In this document: one piece after another, positions 12,096-26,709 of the stretch
Layout of the letters: each line of letters starts with the position of its first letter
How positions within the stretch are numbered: position 1 is the first letter of the stretch
Source of the DNA: the human T2T-CHM13v2.0 reference genome, Homo sapiens
DNA: 64,000 bases
Strand: one strand, 5' to 3'
Assembly (NCBI RefSeq): GCF_009914755.1
Contig: NC_060925.1
Made by a program: the position numbers and the translations under genes
Notes under the pieces: generated by a model
The model's database searches: none
Seen by the model: only the letters and a program-made list of their open reading frames with translations
What the model was told of the DNA's origin: nothing

Positions 12096-13658
12096 TTTTT
12101 TTTCTTTTCTTTCCAACTTTTATTTTAGGTTCAAGGGGTACATGTGCATGTTTGTTACATGGGTAAATTGTGTGTTGCAGAAGTTCAGTGTACAGATAAT
12201 TTTGTCACCCAGGTAATCAGCCTAATACCTGATAGATAGTTTTGCAATCCTCATTCTCTTCTCATCCTCTCCCCTTAAGTAGGCCCTAATGTCTATTGTT
12301 CCCTTTTTTGTGTCCATGTGCACTCAATGTTTAGCTCCCACTTACAAGTAAGAGCTTATGGTATTTGGTTTTCTGTTCCTGTGTTAATCTGCTTAGGATA
12401 ATAGCCTCCAGCTCCATCTATGTTGCTGCGAAGGACGTGGTTTCATTCTTTATGGCTGCATAGTATCCCATGGTGTATATTTACCATATTTTCTTTATCC
12501 AGGCCACCATTGATGGACATCTAGGTTGATTCTATGTCTTTGCTATTGTGAATAGTGCTGCAATAAACATATGCATGCACGTGTCTTTATGGTAGAATGA
12601 TTTATATTCCTTTTGGTATATGCCCAGTAATGGTATTGCTGGATCAAATAGTACTTCTATTTTAAGTTCTTTGAGAAATTTCCATACTGCTTTCCGTAGT
12701 ACTCAATGTACTTTCCACAGTGGCTGAGCTAATGTACAGCCCCACCTGCAGTGTATCAGCGTTTCCTTTTCTCCGCAACATTGTCAGCATCTGTTATTTT
12801 TTGATTTTTTTAATAATTGCCATTCAAACTGGTGTGAGATACTATCTCATTGTGGTTTTGATTTGCATTTACCTAATGATTAGTGATATTGATCATTTTC
12901 TATATGCTTGCTTGCTGTGTGTATAACTTCTTTTGGAAAGTGTCTGTCCAGATTCTTTGACCATTTTTTTTGTGGGGTTGTTCGTTTTTTGCTTGTTGAT
13001 TTAAATTCCTTATAGATTCTGGATATTAGACCTTTATAGGATGCATAGTTTGCAAATATTTTCTTCCTATTCTTTAGGTTGTCTGATTACTTTGTTGATA
13101 ATTTCTTTTGCTTTGCAAAAGCTCTTTAATTAGGCCCCACCTGTTAATGTTTGTTTTTGGTTGCAATTGCTTTTGAAGTCTTCATCATAAAGTCTTTATC
13201 AGGGCGGATGTCCAGAATAGTATTTCTTAGGTTTTCTTCTAGGGTTTTTATAGTTTTAGGTTTGACATTTAAGTCTTTAATCTATCTTGAGTTGATTTTT
13301 GTATATGGTGAAAGACAGGGATCTAGTTTCAATCTTCTGCATATGGCTAACCAGCTCTCCCAGCACCATTTATTGAATAGGGAGTCCTTTACCCATGCTT
13401 GTTATTGTCTTGTTGAAGATCACATGGTTATCAGTGTGTGGCTTTATTTCTGGTTTCTCTAACATGTTCCATTGGTCTATATATCTGCTTTTGTACCAAT
13501 ACCATGCTGTTTCAGTTACTATAGCCTTGTAGTATAGCCTTGAATGCAGGTAGTGTGGTGCCTCTAGCTTTGTTCTTTCTGCTTAGGATTGCACTGGCTA
13601 TTTGGGCACTTTTCTTTGGTTCCAAATGAATTTTAGAATTTTTATTTTCTAATTCTGA
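12096..13658 (-). mobile_element. 5'-truncated L1PA15/16-like element
   Basis: Poly-T, then CCAACTTTTATTTTAGGTTCAAGGGGTACATGTGC. Degraded TSD ATATTACCATTCTTT (12081-12095) / ATATCACAATTGTTT (13659-13673). Confidence 0.92.
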
Positions 13659-14564
13659 ATATCACAATTGTTTAAAATTGTTCAGCCATACCCAGAACCT
13701 GGAATTCTCAGCAACCACCTTTTTTCTATCTCCATGTTGCGTGTTGCACTTTTTGTACCTACTTCCTCTCTCCTTTACATCTTCTGAATGGTCTCCAGTC
13801 TCTGAACCTCTTGTTTAACCACCGTTCTGATTATAAGTACAGAAAAAATTTCTCTTATATCCTGATGCAGAGATATTCATTCAGTGCTTCCTTTGCTCTG
13901 GTCTCTCCTTTTAGAACATACTCTAGAGTCTATCTTTTAATACTCAAATTGTCCATTATGCATTTCATTATAACATAATACATTTTAATAAATTTTTTCC
14001 CACTCAGAATTTCTACTGCTGACTTAGGCATACCCCTCCGTCACCTTTATAGAAGAATCCTGACAAATATGATACAAGGATAGAATTTTTTAAAGCATAA
14101 AGTATAGAAAACAACATTCATGAATGAGCCTGTGTGGCTAGCTTTGGGAGTGGGAAGTGGTATTTTATTCATGATGGCCATTCATAAGCACACCTATTCG
14201 TAGAAGAAAGCTCTCATCATAAAATCAGGTGTTCAACTTGTTTTAAGGACAGTTTACCCAGAAAGGCTTGCTAAGATCATCCAAAAGGCTACTACAAAGA
14301 ACGAATGTTTGAAAATGTTGCAACTTGAAAGTGCCACTGAAGAATCAGAACAAACTAGGGCCCCATTTCCCCCATGCCCACTCCCTCCCTGGCAGCAAGG
14401 CCCTTGGCAGTTGACAGTGTTAGCAAGGGAAGCACATGGTAGAGATTTTAGGTAATGCTGCTGAAGATATCTATCTGTTGAAAATGTATTCCTGCCATTT
14501 TATGCACTTTGCAGCTCTGGGAAGTTCTGGGGATTGCTTGAATATTTCATTTTTGCTATTTTGT

Positions 14565-14682
14565 TTTCGCTTTTGTTTTTTTAAGACAGGGTCCTGCTCT
14601 GTCACTCAGGCTGGATCTTTGCTCACTGCAGCCTCGACCCCCTGGGCTTCAAATGATCCTCCCATCTCTGCCTTCTGAGTAG
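14565..14682 (-). mobile_element. 5'-truncated AluJ/FRAM right-arm fragment with an internal deletion
   Basis: AGACAGGGTCCTGCTCTGTCACTCAGGCTGG...GCTCACTGCAGCCTCGACC. Flanked by TGCTATTT on both sides. Confidence 0.85.
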
Positions 14683-17144
14683 TGCTATTTCTTATTAATG
14701 TTTATATCAGTTGGTTGATTACTAGTCGTGAATAGTAATATTTCTTTCTCTTTCTCTTTCAACAGGCTGTAGTGCTGTGCTGGGTACTGTGAAGTGTGGT
14801 TACTCTTAAGCATATTTAGAAATCCAAGGAGATACTATTTTGGATTTTCTATAAACTAATTTCACTTAACTCTCTCCAAGTAAAATCAACAGTTTCTTTC
14901 TACTCTACCACAGTTTGTTTCTCTTGAACTCTTTTTTCCACTTCTAACCCTTTTCCTGGCTCCTTTTCCTTCATCTTTTTCTCTAAGAATGCTTGGGAAG
15001 GTTGGCTTGGAGTTTCTTCACCTCTGTGGCCAGAATGGGGTATGAGACTCCATGTCTTCAGTCCCCTTACAACTTAATCTCCTTCTTCAAAAATCAGAGC
15101 CACTGCCTAGAATTACATGAAGTCTTCACTGTTGGTGACATAATTTAAGATGCTGTGAGAAAAGAACTAGAATATTTGACACCTTGTAGTTGAATAATCC
15201 AATAAATCATTGAGGATTTATTGAATGTTTTTACCACTAGGTAAATATTTTGTCCTTAGCCAAGTTTGAGTTGGGATTTTAAGACAAGAGTGTGCATGTT
15301 TTTCCCATTCTGCTTGCCATGCCCTGTAATATGTGGGGAGGAATTGGAAGGGGAGGCAGACTGGGATCAAAAAAGGTGGAGAAACATGTAAAGAATGGGA
15401 TTTATCTGTATTTATTTATTTTTACTTTTTTAAACCTTTTAAAGAAGAATGGAAAGAAATTAGCAATAGTAACAACAGTACATTATTTAAGTGTCTAGTA
15501 CGTAACAAGTACAGCATTAGTCTCTTTGCACAAACTATCACATACAGTTTGAGAAGTTAAAGAACAAAGGCTGTTAAGATTTATGCAGAGGGAGCAGGCT
15601 TACCTAGGCTGCTGCTGCAGAGAACAGAAGAACAGAATTGGTGGATGGAACTTATATTAAGAATATGAAGAAATTTTTAAGCAGTTATCCTTGCCTGATA
15701 ATTGCTGGGCTTCCCTGGAGGCAAGTGATCTTTTGGCTGCAGATTTAGAGGTTTGTCCTAAGGACTGCTAACACAACAAGCCAGGCATCAGACATTATCA
15801 TCATCTAAAAAGCATTATTTTAAAAGGTATTGCTTAAGTTTCATTGTCCACCTTGAGCCATGGTAGAGAATGTGCTGAGGGAAAGCCCCAAGCACACACA
15901 AAGTTCTTTGCCCTCTGGAAACTGTCAGGTCAGGAAGCTAACCCTGAGACACAGAGCATCATTCGTTACTTCTGTCATATTTCCATTACAGATTTGTGGA
16001 GCCAGTCATGGAGCTCATTTAATCCAGGTGGGGTGGGGGGTTATTCCCTCTCTCAGAATTGGGACAGTCTTCCTAGGACTAAACAGTGGAAGAGAGGAGC
16101 ATTCTTTAGGAATTGATAGGCAGGTAGAGGCCTGTGGATCCATTGTGTGAGGAGGCCCAGGGATGGAAGTAAGAGGATGAGATCAGCACTGTCTTAGACC
16201 CAAACTAGATGGCTCCTCACCTTATCCCTCTACTTTTAGGGGCCTGCTTCAGCCCTCTTCTGACTGTGCTTCTCTATGCAAGGTGAGGCATCCACAGGAT
16301 GAAGGATGTGTGCCCACTCTGAGCTCATACCTCTCCACCCCCACTTTCTAGTGTATGCTCTGAATTCATCAACCCAGAATTCTTGAGTTTCCAGGCCTGG
16401 CATCACCTTTTTCCTAAGTCAGGCCTCCAGAAGTCGGAAGACACACAAAGTCTCCATGCTGGCTACAGGGCAGCTGTTTGTAGAGGGCATATTGGGAGCT
16501 TGGGTGTGTGGACTGGAGCATCTGCATGTGTGGGAGGCTTGTGCTGTGCAGGACATAGCCATGCTGGAGAGGGAAGAAGAGGCAGGATGGGACCCTGGGA
16601 TTAACTCCACACCTCCATGTCCAGTGCAGAGCTCTAAGGAGTATGAGAATTCTAAATGTGAAACTGGCCTTCTAGGTTGATTTGAAGGTATTTATGAGGC
16701 ATGAGGATACAAAATATTTTATTTACTATGTGGGTATTTTAATATGTTAGCTTGATATATGGTAGACCTGGAGTATGTGGTCTCCATTTGTACTGTGGCT
16801 GAGGGCATGCCAGTGTTGTCTCTCCTCCTTAAGGTTATTGTTGAGGATTTTCTTTTAGATGTCATTGTTCATGGGGCAGAGGACAAAGGCAGTGGAGATC
16901 TGGCTGCCTCTTCCCACTGCATCCATCAGACTCATTCTAATCAAAATGTAATAAAAATCCTAACAAATAAGGCTAAGTAAAAGGAATTGTTTCTCAGTGG
17001 GTTTAGTTTGTCAAGAGGTGCCCGTCATATTTTGTGATATGCTGCTCATGTTCCCTAATTCCCCTAACCTTCTCTGAAAGAGAAGGAAAACTTTCTAGAA
17101 GGATGAGTTGCAAGAGAGATCTGCCTATCTACATCCTTCCATGT

Positions 17145-17186
17145 TACACACACAGACACACATGCACATATACATGCACACACATG
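17145..17186. repeat. Degenerate (CA)n
   Basis: ACACACACAGACACACATGCACATATACATGCACACACAT. Confidence 0.75.
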
Positions 17187-17725
17187 TTGGTGAGCTTCCT
17201 TTTCTTCCCTTTCTTTAAACTTGGGAGGCTTTACAGAGGCTTTTCTTCCACCTGTTTGCATCAGCTACGTAAGGGGCTTGCAGTGAGAGTTGCTATGGCA
17301 CATCTTTGCAGATAACAGGAGTTGGCAGATGTTTTTTAATTAAAGAAATTCAGGTTATGAAAAAGATGTCATGGGTAGAGAGAGTGGGAACTTGCCAACC
17401 ACAAACCCCTGCTCACGCTCACTCAGCCCTGGCTTGCGGCACCTGCCTCTGGATTCTACAAAATGCCATTGTCAGGAGAGGAAGGGAGTAAGGAGCCGAT
17501 GTAGGTATCAGGATGCTGCCAGCACCTGATTATCTACCATTTGGGGTACGGGGCCAAAACATGAATGATCTCTACATCCCTAGCGAGCACAAAGCAACAC
17601 TGTAGCCAATGTTTTGACTTCCTTCTTTCACAAACTACCCATTGGAGCTTTTCAGCCCTTTGAGTCTTCTACGTGACTCTTCTTCCCTGTCTTTCTGGCC
17701 AATGACAGCAATGGAAATCACGCAC

Positions 17726-18127
17726 TGTTAAAATAAGTTTAGACTGAAGCTGCCTTCTGACATATTTTAAGTTTGGCCTAAAAGTTTCTCCATACGTAGT
17801 GGACTGTACCCTAACTGGATGTGTAAACAGACTGTAACCTATTGTTGTGCCAATCACTGAGTTTCAGCCAATCAAAGGTGGCCCACTCTTTAAGCCATGT
17901 TCAAATAAGGCAAACATGGAGCTGTAACCAATCTGGCTGTTACTGCACCTTGCTTCTGTTTTCTGTACATCAGTTTCCTTGTTCTGTCCATAAATCTTTT
18001 TAGACAATGCAATAGCTCCAGAGCCTCTCTAAACATATTGTAGTTCAAGAGGCTTCCTGATTCTTGAATCTTTCTTTGATCAATTAAACTCTGCTAAATG
18101 TAATTAGTCTAGTTTTTTCTTTTAACA
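17726..18127 (+). mobile_element. MER57 (B-type) ERV1 solo LTR
   Basis: TGTTAAAATAAGTTTAG...TTTTCTTTTAACA, three CCAAT boxes, ATTAAA. 4-bp TSD GCAC/GTAC. Confidence 0.88.
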
Positions 18128-18239
18128 GTACAAAGAACAGAGAAGCACATATCTTCAAGCCCTGGACTTCTAGGAAGCTATCTCTGATTGATATAGAAAG
18201 CAAAACCATCAAATTGAAATCTTCACAGGGAAGTTGGAT

Positions 18240-18375
18240 GCCCTCTAGCTTCATCCTTCACTTTGCCATTGAGGAAACAGAGCACACAGGAGGGAATTGA
18301 CTTGCTCAAGGTCTCCCACTGAATTAGTGACCGAGCTTGGTCTAGAACCAGCTCTCCTGACTCATGGCCACCACA
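18240..18375 (-). mobile_element. MIR fragment
   Basis: GAGGAAACAGAG...GACTTGCTCAAGGTC...CTAGAACCAGCTCTCCTGACTC. Confidence 0.75.
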
Positions 18376-18524
18376 CTGCCCAGTGGGGACCCTTTGTTCT
18401 GAAGCTTATAGAGCCCTTTGGAACCATGAAAATTAACATTTGATTGAATGCTGTCCTTTGGCAGCCCTCCTGTGTTAGTATCTTATTATATGCCCAAAAA
18501 AAGTATAAGTGTGACTGCGAGGGC

Positions 18525-18760
18525 CACAGCATTTAAGTGCATACAGAAGTCAGTTAGATAAAATAAATTGGCAAATGAGCCAGTTGAAAAACAATGGAGA
18601 ATGATAGGACCTATAACATACTATAAGACACATGCCTCACCTGAAGGCATTTAAATGATACATGCCTCACCTGAAGGCATTTAAATAAGAACAAAATTTG
18701 GACACTATGCTGGCCAAACAAAACATCTGTAGGACAAAGCTTTTGTGCTGCAACCTTTGC
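18525..18760 (+). mobile_element. MER102-type hAT transposon containing a 30-bp tandem duplication
   Basis: ACACTATGCTGGCCAAACAAAACATCTG 3' block and CATGCC...AAGGCATTTAAAT. Confidence 0.65.
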
Positions 18761-19039
18761 CCGAGGGCCTGGGACTTTAGTATTGTCTAGGCATATAGAT
18801 CAGTGCTATTGGATGGAAAAATAATGCAAGCCTCTTCTATGTGTAATTTAATTTTTTTATAGTAACCACATTAAAAAGTAAACATAATCAGGTAAAATTA
18901 ATTTTAATAATATATTTTACTTAACCCATTATTCCAAAATGTTACCATTTCAATATAGAATCAATATAAAAATTATTAATGAGATGTTTTACATACTTAG
19001 GCTTTTTTTCATACTAAGTCTTTGAAATCCAACGTGTAT

Positions 19040-20020
19040 GTCGTAGCAGGTATTTTACTTCATCCTTCTAATAAGCTACTTATAGTATTTCACGGATGCT
19101 GACAGAAGAGATGATGAAACTCTTGGTTCAGAGATAAAGGACTTTATTACTCATGACACAGCAAGCAACATGAACATCAACATGTTTACTTTAGTTCCCC
19201 TAGTCTCCTGTAATAGGCAAAATTCTAAATGGCCCCAATGACTCCCAGCCCCTGATATACACATACCTTCTTCCAATTATTTAATCAAACGCTGCTGTAA
19301 AGGAATTTGTCAGATATAATTAAGATCTCAAGTCAGGTAACCTTAAAATAGGGAGATTAAGTAGATGAGCCTGACCTATTCACCTGGCCCCTTTAAATCT
19401 GGGTTTAGAGGTCAGAGACAGAGAAGTCATAAATATTTAAAATATGGCAGAGATTTGGCAATATGAAATTCTCCATTTCTTACTGTCAAAGAAGACATGG
19501 CTTCTTTGACATGGAGGGGACCATGTGGCAAGGAATGCAGGTGGCCTCTCTGAGCTGAGTGTGGACCCTGCTGACAGCCAGTAAGGAAAACGGGGACCTC
19601 GGATATACAATCACGAGGAATTAAATTCTGCCAACAACCTGTGTAAGTGTGAAAGTAAATTTTTTCCCAGAGCCTACATATGAGAACACAGCCTGGCAAT
19701 ATTTTAATTTTAACCTTTGAGACCCTAAGTAGGGAACTCTGCCTGGCCTTGTGACCGACAGAACTATGACCTAATAAATGAGTATTATTTTAAGCTGCCA
19801 ATTTTGTGATAATTTTTTACTCTGTGATAGAAAACAAATGTAACTCCCCCCCACCAAATCTCACGAGGATGATGTAAAGGGCCCAGATGGATGTGGCACA
19901 TGAGGTGTATTTGTGTCACAGTTGGGGGAATCCTGAGCTTGGGTAACTCACCCTTTCATAGTAAGCAGTGGGCAAGCCTGCTTTTTGCCCCAGATGGAGA
20001 TACTAGCTCATCCTTCCATG
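19040..20020 (-). mobile_element. LTR40-like ERVL LTR, split by MLT1E
   Basis: CAGAGATAAAGGACTTTATTACTCA...CAGCAAGCAACATGA, then GGGCCCAGATGGATG...CCTGAGCTT after the MLT1E. Confidence 0.7.
19209..19842 (+). mobile_element. MLT1E-type MaLR solo LTR
   Basis: TGTAATAGGCAAAATTCTAAATGGCCCC...AAATTCTGCCAACAACCTG...AATAAA...ATAGAAAACAAATGTA. TSD TCTCC/ACTCC. Confidence 0.88.
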
Positions 20021-20265
20021 TTGCTACCATATTGTACAGCATAGCTGCAGAAGGTACCAAATAAATATTTGCTAAGAGGTTGATTGGAAAATAGAGAGTT
20101 GGGCTCATGGTCCCTCATTAATATGATTGATGCCTTTCCTTGAGATTTATAAGCTGGCAATGAAAGAGAGGTTAGTTGATTAGGGGCTTACATATAGGAT
20201 TACCTCAGAGCAGGGTCTGGTCACCAGTCTCAAATATACGTCTACTCGGGTATTATCTGCTAAAG

Positions 20266-20512
20266 CAGTGTTTCTCAACATTTTTATCCTCATGACTGCC
20301 CCCTTATAGAGTCTTTGAAGACTTTCTTTTCCCTAATTGTGTCCCCTTCCCATGAAATTTTATACCACAGATATACTGTAAATCTATTTATGTGCTGTGG
20401 TTCTTTGGAAAGCCATAAACCATTGTAATAGCTAATTTTTTTTTGACCTTCCAACCACGCTGAACCAAATTTTGCCCTCTTGGGGTGATATTACCTGCTT
20501 TGAGAATGGATG
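20266..20512 (+). mobile_element. MER112 hAT-Charlie MITE
   Basis: CAGTGTTTCTCAAC...CATGAAATTTTATACCACAGATATACTGTA...TTGAGAATGGATG. Confidence 0.8.
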
Positions 20513-21366
20513 TTCTAGAGGACTGAAGTCATATTTACCAAAATCACCAGAAGCAGGCTGATATTTTAGTTAAGGTGGAATTCCTTCTTATGTCATTTGT
20601 ACAGCAATGCCCTCATGGTATGTCCACTGCTCAGAGCAAAGGGATGCTAGGTGTGTGCAGATGAGGGTACAGAGAGCTGGGCTCCCTTACCACTGTTGCC
20701 CTGAGTCCATGCTGTGCACAATGTGCTACTCTCCTCTCTTTTCTGGGATCAGTGCCCTTTTCTTTGGGGTCAGCTTTGGAGAAACAGTGAAGCATTTTTG
20801 GTATTTGGGTCCCCCTCACTCACCCACTAATACATAACCCAGCCCCACTGAGCAGCTCCTTTTCTCTAAAATATTTTTGAGAGCAGATAGCCCAATTCAG
20901 CTTTGAGAGAGTTACTTTGTTCTTTGAAATGGCAGAAGGGAAACTCTACCTGGATGTGTCTACCCCAGGAATAATATAAGTCGAACTTTCCAGATTAAAG
21001 TACTTTTAAATTCCTGGAGGTCAGTTGTTGGGGGTACAAGCCCAGTAGGGTCAAGGTTGCACTTTCAATATCCTTTGAGGCCAGATTCCTTCCTTCTGTT
21101 GTAGAGCCACTAATTTTACCTTTGACCTTGAGCAGCATCTATAAAATGCTAGCTGTTAGCAAAATGAGGAACTGGGCTTGGCGATGTCAATTAGTTGGAT
21201 GAAGACTAGTATTGTTAAAGGTCTTATGCTCTGTCTTGGGATGTGTTATGCAGTTTACTTAGAAGTATGCTTTTGAAATCATCAAAGACTTTTCATAATT
21301 AACTTTTAATTTATTTGTATAATGGTCAGGGCATTTGGTCTGTTTGATACCAAGTTTTGGTATTGA

Positions 21367-21751
<385 letters not shown>

Positions 21752-21764
21752 AAAGTTCTGTTTT

Positions 21765-22047
21765 ACAGAGACAGTCTCACTCTGTCACCCTGGCTCAGGT
21801 GCAGTGGTGTAATGAGAGCTCATTGTAATCCTGAACTCCTGGGCACAGGCGATCCTCCCACTTCCGCTTTCCAAGTAGCTATGATCACAAGTGTGTGCCA
21901 CCATCCCTAGATAAGTTTTAAATATTTTGCAGAGTCAGGGCCTCAATATGTTGCCCAGGCTGGTCTTGAACTCCTGGCCTGAAGTGGTCCTCTTGCCTTG
22001 GCCTCCCAAAGTGTTGGGATTACAGGTGTGAGCCACCATGCCTTGCC
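21765..22047 (-). mobile_element. AluJ
   Basis: Divergent dimeric Alu with J diagnostics (GATCCTCCCAC, TATGTTGCCCAGGCTGG). TSD CTGAAAAGTTCT (21449-21460 / 22048-22059). Confidence 0.93.
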
Positions 22048-23355
22048 CTGAAAAGTTCTTTGTATGTCTTTAAAGTTTGTTAATGGTGTTGTTGAATCTT
22101 CTATATCTTTATTCATTTTTCTGTCTGCCTGATTTACTCTTTGAAAGAAATATATTATCTGTCACCATATTGCTGGATTTGTCAATTTCTCTTTGAAAGT
22201 CTATTAATTTTTGTTTCATATATTTCAGAGTTATGTTATGTGTATAGGCATTTGCAATTGTCTTATTTTCCTGATAAATTGTCCTTTTTACCATTGTAAA
22301 AAGCCCCTCTTTAATAATTCTTAAAATCTATTTCATCTGATATCAATGTGGTGACATCAAGTTTCTATCAGTTGATATATATCTTTTATATATCTTTTTT
22401 TCCATTCTTTTAATATTTTATGCTGCTATATTTTGGCTAGGTCTTTGTACAGATTATATATCTGATTTTTTAAAAAGCAATAAGAAAATCTCTGTCTTTT
22501 ACTTTGGAATTTTAGTTCATTTATATTTGTTACAATTACTGATACATTTAGATTTATTTCTCCAAAGATTTTGTTTCCCACTTATTGTGGTTAAACTTTT
22601 TTCTTTTACTCTTCATTCCCACTTTATTTGGAGTTGATCAAACTTTATTTTCTGTTTTCTACTGATTTTAAGGTTTTTCATTTTACCTCTGTTCTTTAGA
22701 GGTAAACTTAACATTATATCCTGTACACTTGACTTGGAAAATATCATCTAGGATTGTGTTGTACATTTCCAGGGAGTACCAATCATGTTTCTAGATTGTT
22801 AAGGAGTAAGGCCTTGAATTCTACCTGTCTTCCAAAAATGCAAGGAGCTTAAAACATTTTAATTCTGATCATTTCTTTTCATCTTCATATGGTTGGCCAG
22901 TATTTTAATTACTCTTTACTTTTATACGCTAAATTAATTATTATTTTATAATTATTCATACTGTAATTTTTCATTTATATTTACCTATAATTTTACCAAT
23001 TTATTTGCTTACCATTTATTTACTCAAATGTTTACCAAGTTTTTTTGCTTACCTCTTTTTTTTTTTTTTGTATTTTACTTTTTTTTTCTGGATTCAATTT
23101 TCTCTTTGAGGGAAAGTACCATAATAGTTCTTGCATTTATTACTGTTAGTAATGAATTCTCAGATTTTAATTGTCTGAAAAAGTCTTAACTTACCTATAT
23201 GTTGCATATTTTCTCCTATATGTGTTGTATAAAGTATAACAAAGAGAAAATCGTTTTTAGTCATTATTATGCCTTCACTTTTAAATGATAGGTTAACTGG
23301 GTATAAAATTCTGGGTACACAGGCATATTTTTTCTCAGCACTTTGAATATATTTA

Positions 23356-23991
23356 TGTCTGTTGTTAATTTATTGCTTCTTAGCTCTGAAACCACCCTTC
23401 TTTGCCACACTTTGTGATATTGGACCTAAACTCTGTAGATTACATTTCTCCCTTGACAGATGGCTTAGTGTTAGGTTCTGCCAATAGAGGGCACAAGAGG
23501 GACACTGAAAGCCTGGGAAAAGAAGGAAGAGGGAACTTTGTTCCTTCTGGTATTCTGTTTTATAGTTCAGCAATGAGCAGATCAGGGTATAGGGGTCATT
23601 GTTCATTTGTGGTGTCCTTCAGTCAGTTTCTTTGTTGCCACATTGGAAAGTGGCTTTCAGCTCTTGTAGCTCAGTAGTGGTCAGTTTCTTTGTCACCATA
23701 TCAACAGGCACCATGTTCCTATGACAACTACCCCTTTTCCTCAAAGGTCTAAATTTCAACTTTGCAGGATCCCCTCCTCTGAGATTTTTAAGTTTCTTCT
23801 TGTTCACTTTTCTCTCAGCCCAAAGGTTAGTAATTTGTTTCTGTGGTTCCTACCTCCCTATACCTTATGGTTTGCTTTGCCCAGTTTGACAATTAACAAC
23901 CTTTTATTAGTTAACAATTCACCGTAATAATTTTTGTGTGTGTAAGTTACTGATATAGCTTTAGTCTCCATACTGGACCCTGACTGATGAA
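23356..23991 (+). mobile_element. LTR41-like ERVL solo LTR
   Basis: TATTGCTTCTTAGCTCTGAAACCACCCTTC...TTAGGTTCTGCCAATAGAGGGCAC...CTGGACCCTGACTGAT. Family name from memory. Confidence 0.7.
23481..23494 (+). promoter_or_regulatory. Candidate CTCF motif within the LTR41-like element
   Basis: CCAATAGAGGGCAC matches CCASYAGRKGGCRS at 13/14 positions. Confidence 0.45.
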
Positions 23992-24047
23992 ATATTACTT
24001 TCTTGTTTTCTGTTTTATCGTGTTGCTGTTCAGAAGTATGTTGTCAG

Positions 24048-25330
<1,283 letters not shown>

Positions 25331-25519
25331 GGACTGTTGTCAGTCTAATAATTATTCCTATTTAAAAAGTAACCTGTACTTTCTTCATGGTTTTATTGAA
25401 CATCTTTTCTTTGCTTTTTGTGTTCTGAACTTTCACTGACATGTATTTAGGTTGACTTTTATTGCTCTCAGGTCTCATAAAGTTACTTCTTTTTCAATTC
25501 TTGGAACTTCTCAGCCTTT

Positions 25520-25521
<2 letters not shown>

Positions 25522-25556
<35 letters not shown>
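25522..25556. repeat. Poly(T)35
   Basis: Uninterrupted T run. Confidence 0.95.
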
Positions 25557-25557
<1 letters not shown>

Positions 25558-26709
25558 GATATTGCCTTTCCTCTCTTCTGGATTTCCTATTAATGCTGGG
25601 TGAAATTTCTCAACCTATCATTCTCATATTTTGCTCCCTTTTTTCACATTTCTTTGCCTCTCTGTTCTGCAATTTGGGTGCTCTCAATTTGTGTTACAAT
25701 TCGGGTACCTTCAGATCTTTCATTCCTCAGATTTTTCAGTTTACTGACTCTCTCTTCAGCTATGTCTAGCCTGCTATAACTATGCTATAACTATGACTAT
25801 GTTTTTTTTTGTTTCTAGAAATTCTCTTTAATTCCTTTCTCAATATAATTGTCATTTTGTTGTATTGTCTTTTTGATTCTTTTAAATGTTTCATCATTTT
25901 AAACATTTATTTTTAGCTTAATTCTGATAGTTTATTTTAAGTGGATGTTATCAGGAGTTAAAATTCTGCTATTTGCTGTGTCTGCTGACTCTTTTGCTCA
26001 TTGTGGATTGCTTCCTTATGTGCTCTTTTATAAATTTGGATTGTAATGTATGGTTGGTGGACATTTATCTGAAGGACTCCTCTAGCTTGAGAAACATTAT
26101 TTCCCTTCAGAGAAATTTTTTCATTTGTTTTTATCAGGCACATCAAGGTCATGGGTCTTAGTCACTTTTTATATTAATTTCTAGAATATGCATCTACAGT
26201 AAAGTTGAACTCAAGCCCATATGAAGTCACACCTGTGATCATGTGTTATCAGAGGAGACTATTTTTTTCCCCTCATCCAGAGCCTAGTATGAGACGGCTA
26301 AGCTTTTTGATCATCTTTCTGAGTTTGAGTGTGGATTGTGTATATTTCATCCTACATCTAAGGAGGTGCTTCAAGGCTTCTGGCTTTATACTGGGGGGAA
26401 ATGGGATGTGCATTTCACTTCTTTGTATCATGTAGGCTCAAGACCTAACTCCCGACTCCATGTGGACACTTACACTTAAGTCCTTACGTGACATAATCTG
26501 GCAGCTCTCCCACAGGCAGCTGCAGTATCAGCTCTGGGGTTCCACTCTAGTTTTCAGTTCTCCCTTTGTTTGGGGTTTCTGGAAATTTCTCTCACTTTCC
26601 AATTATTGCTTTTAAAAGAATGTTCATTATAACTTATTCAGCATTTTCTAGGTGTTTAATATTTGGAGAGTCTTGAAGTAATCTGATCCCATACAATACC
26701 AGAAATGAA

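Larger units (their letters stand above)
18801..20044 (+). mobile_element. MER33 hAT transposon in two pieces (18801-19039 and about 20022-20044)
   Basis: GGTAAAATTAATTTTAATAATATATTTTACTTAACCC...CATACTAAGTCTTTGAAATCC. The terminal GCTACCATATTGTACAGCATAG reappears after the LTR insert. Confidence 0.85.

Noticed and set aside
18627-18686. CRISPR-like 30-bp hairpin repeats
   Set aside because: Only two adjacent copies, no spacers, no cas genes, and a primate genome context.
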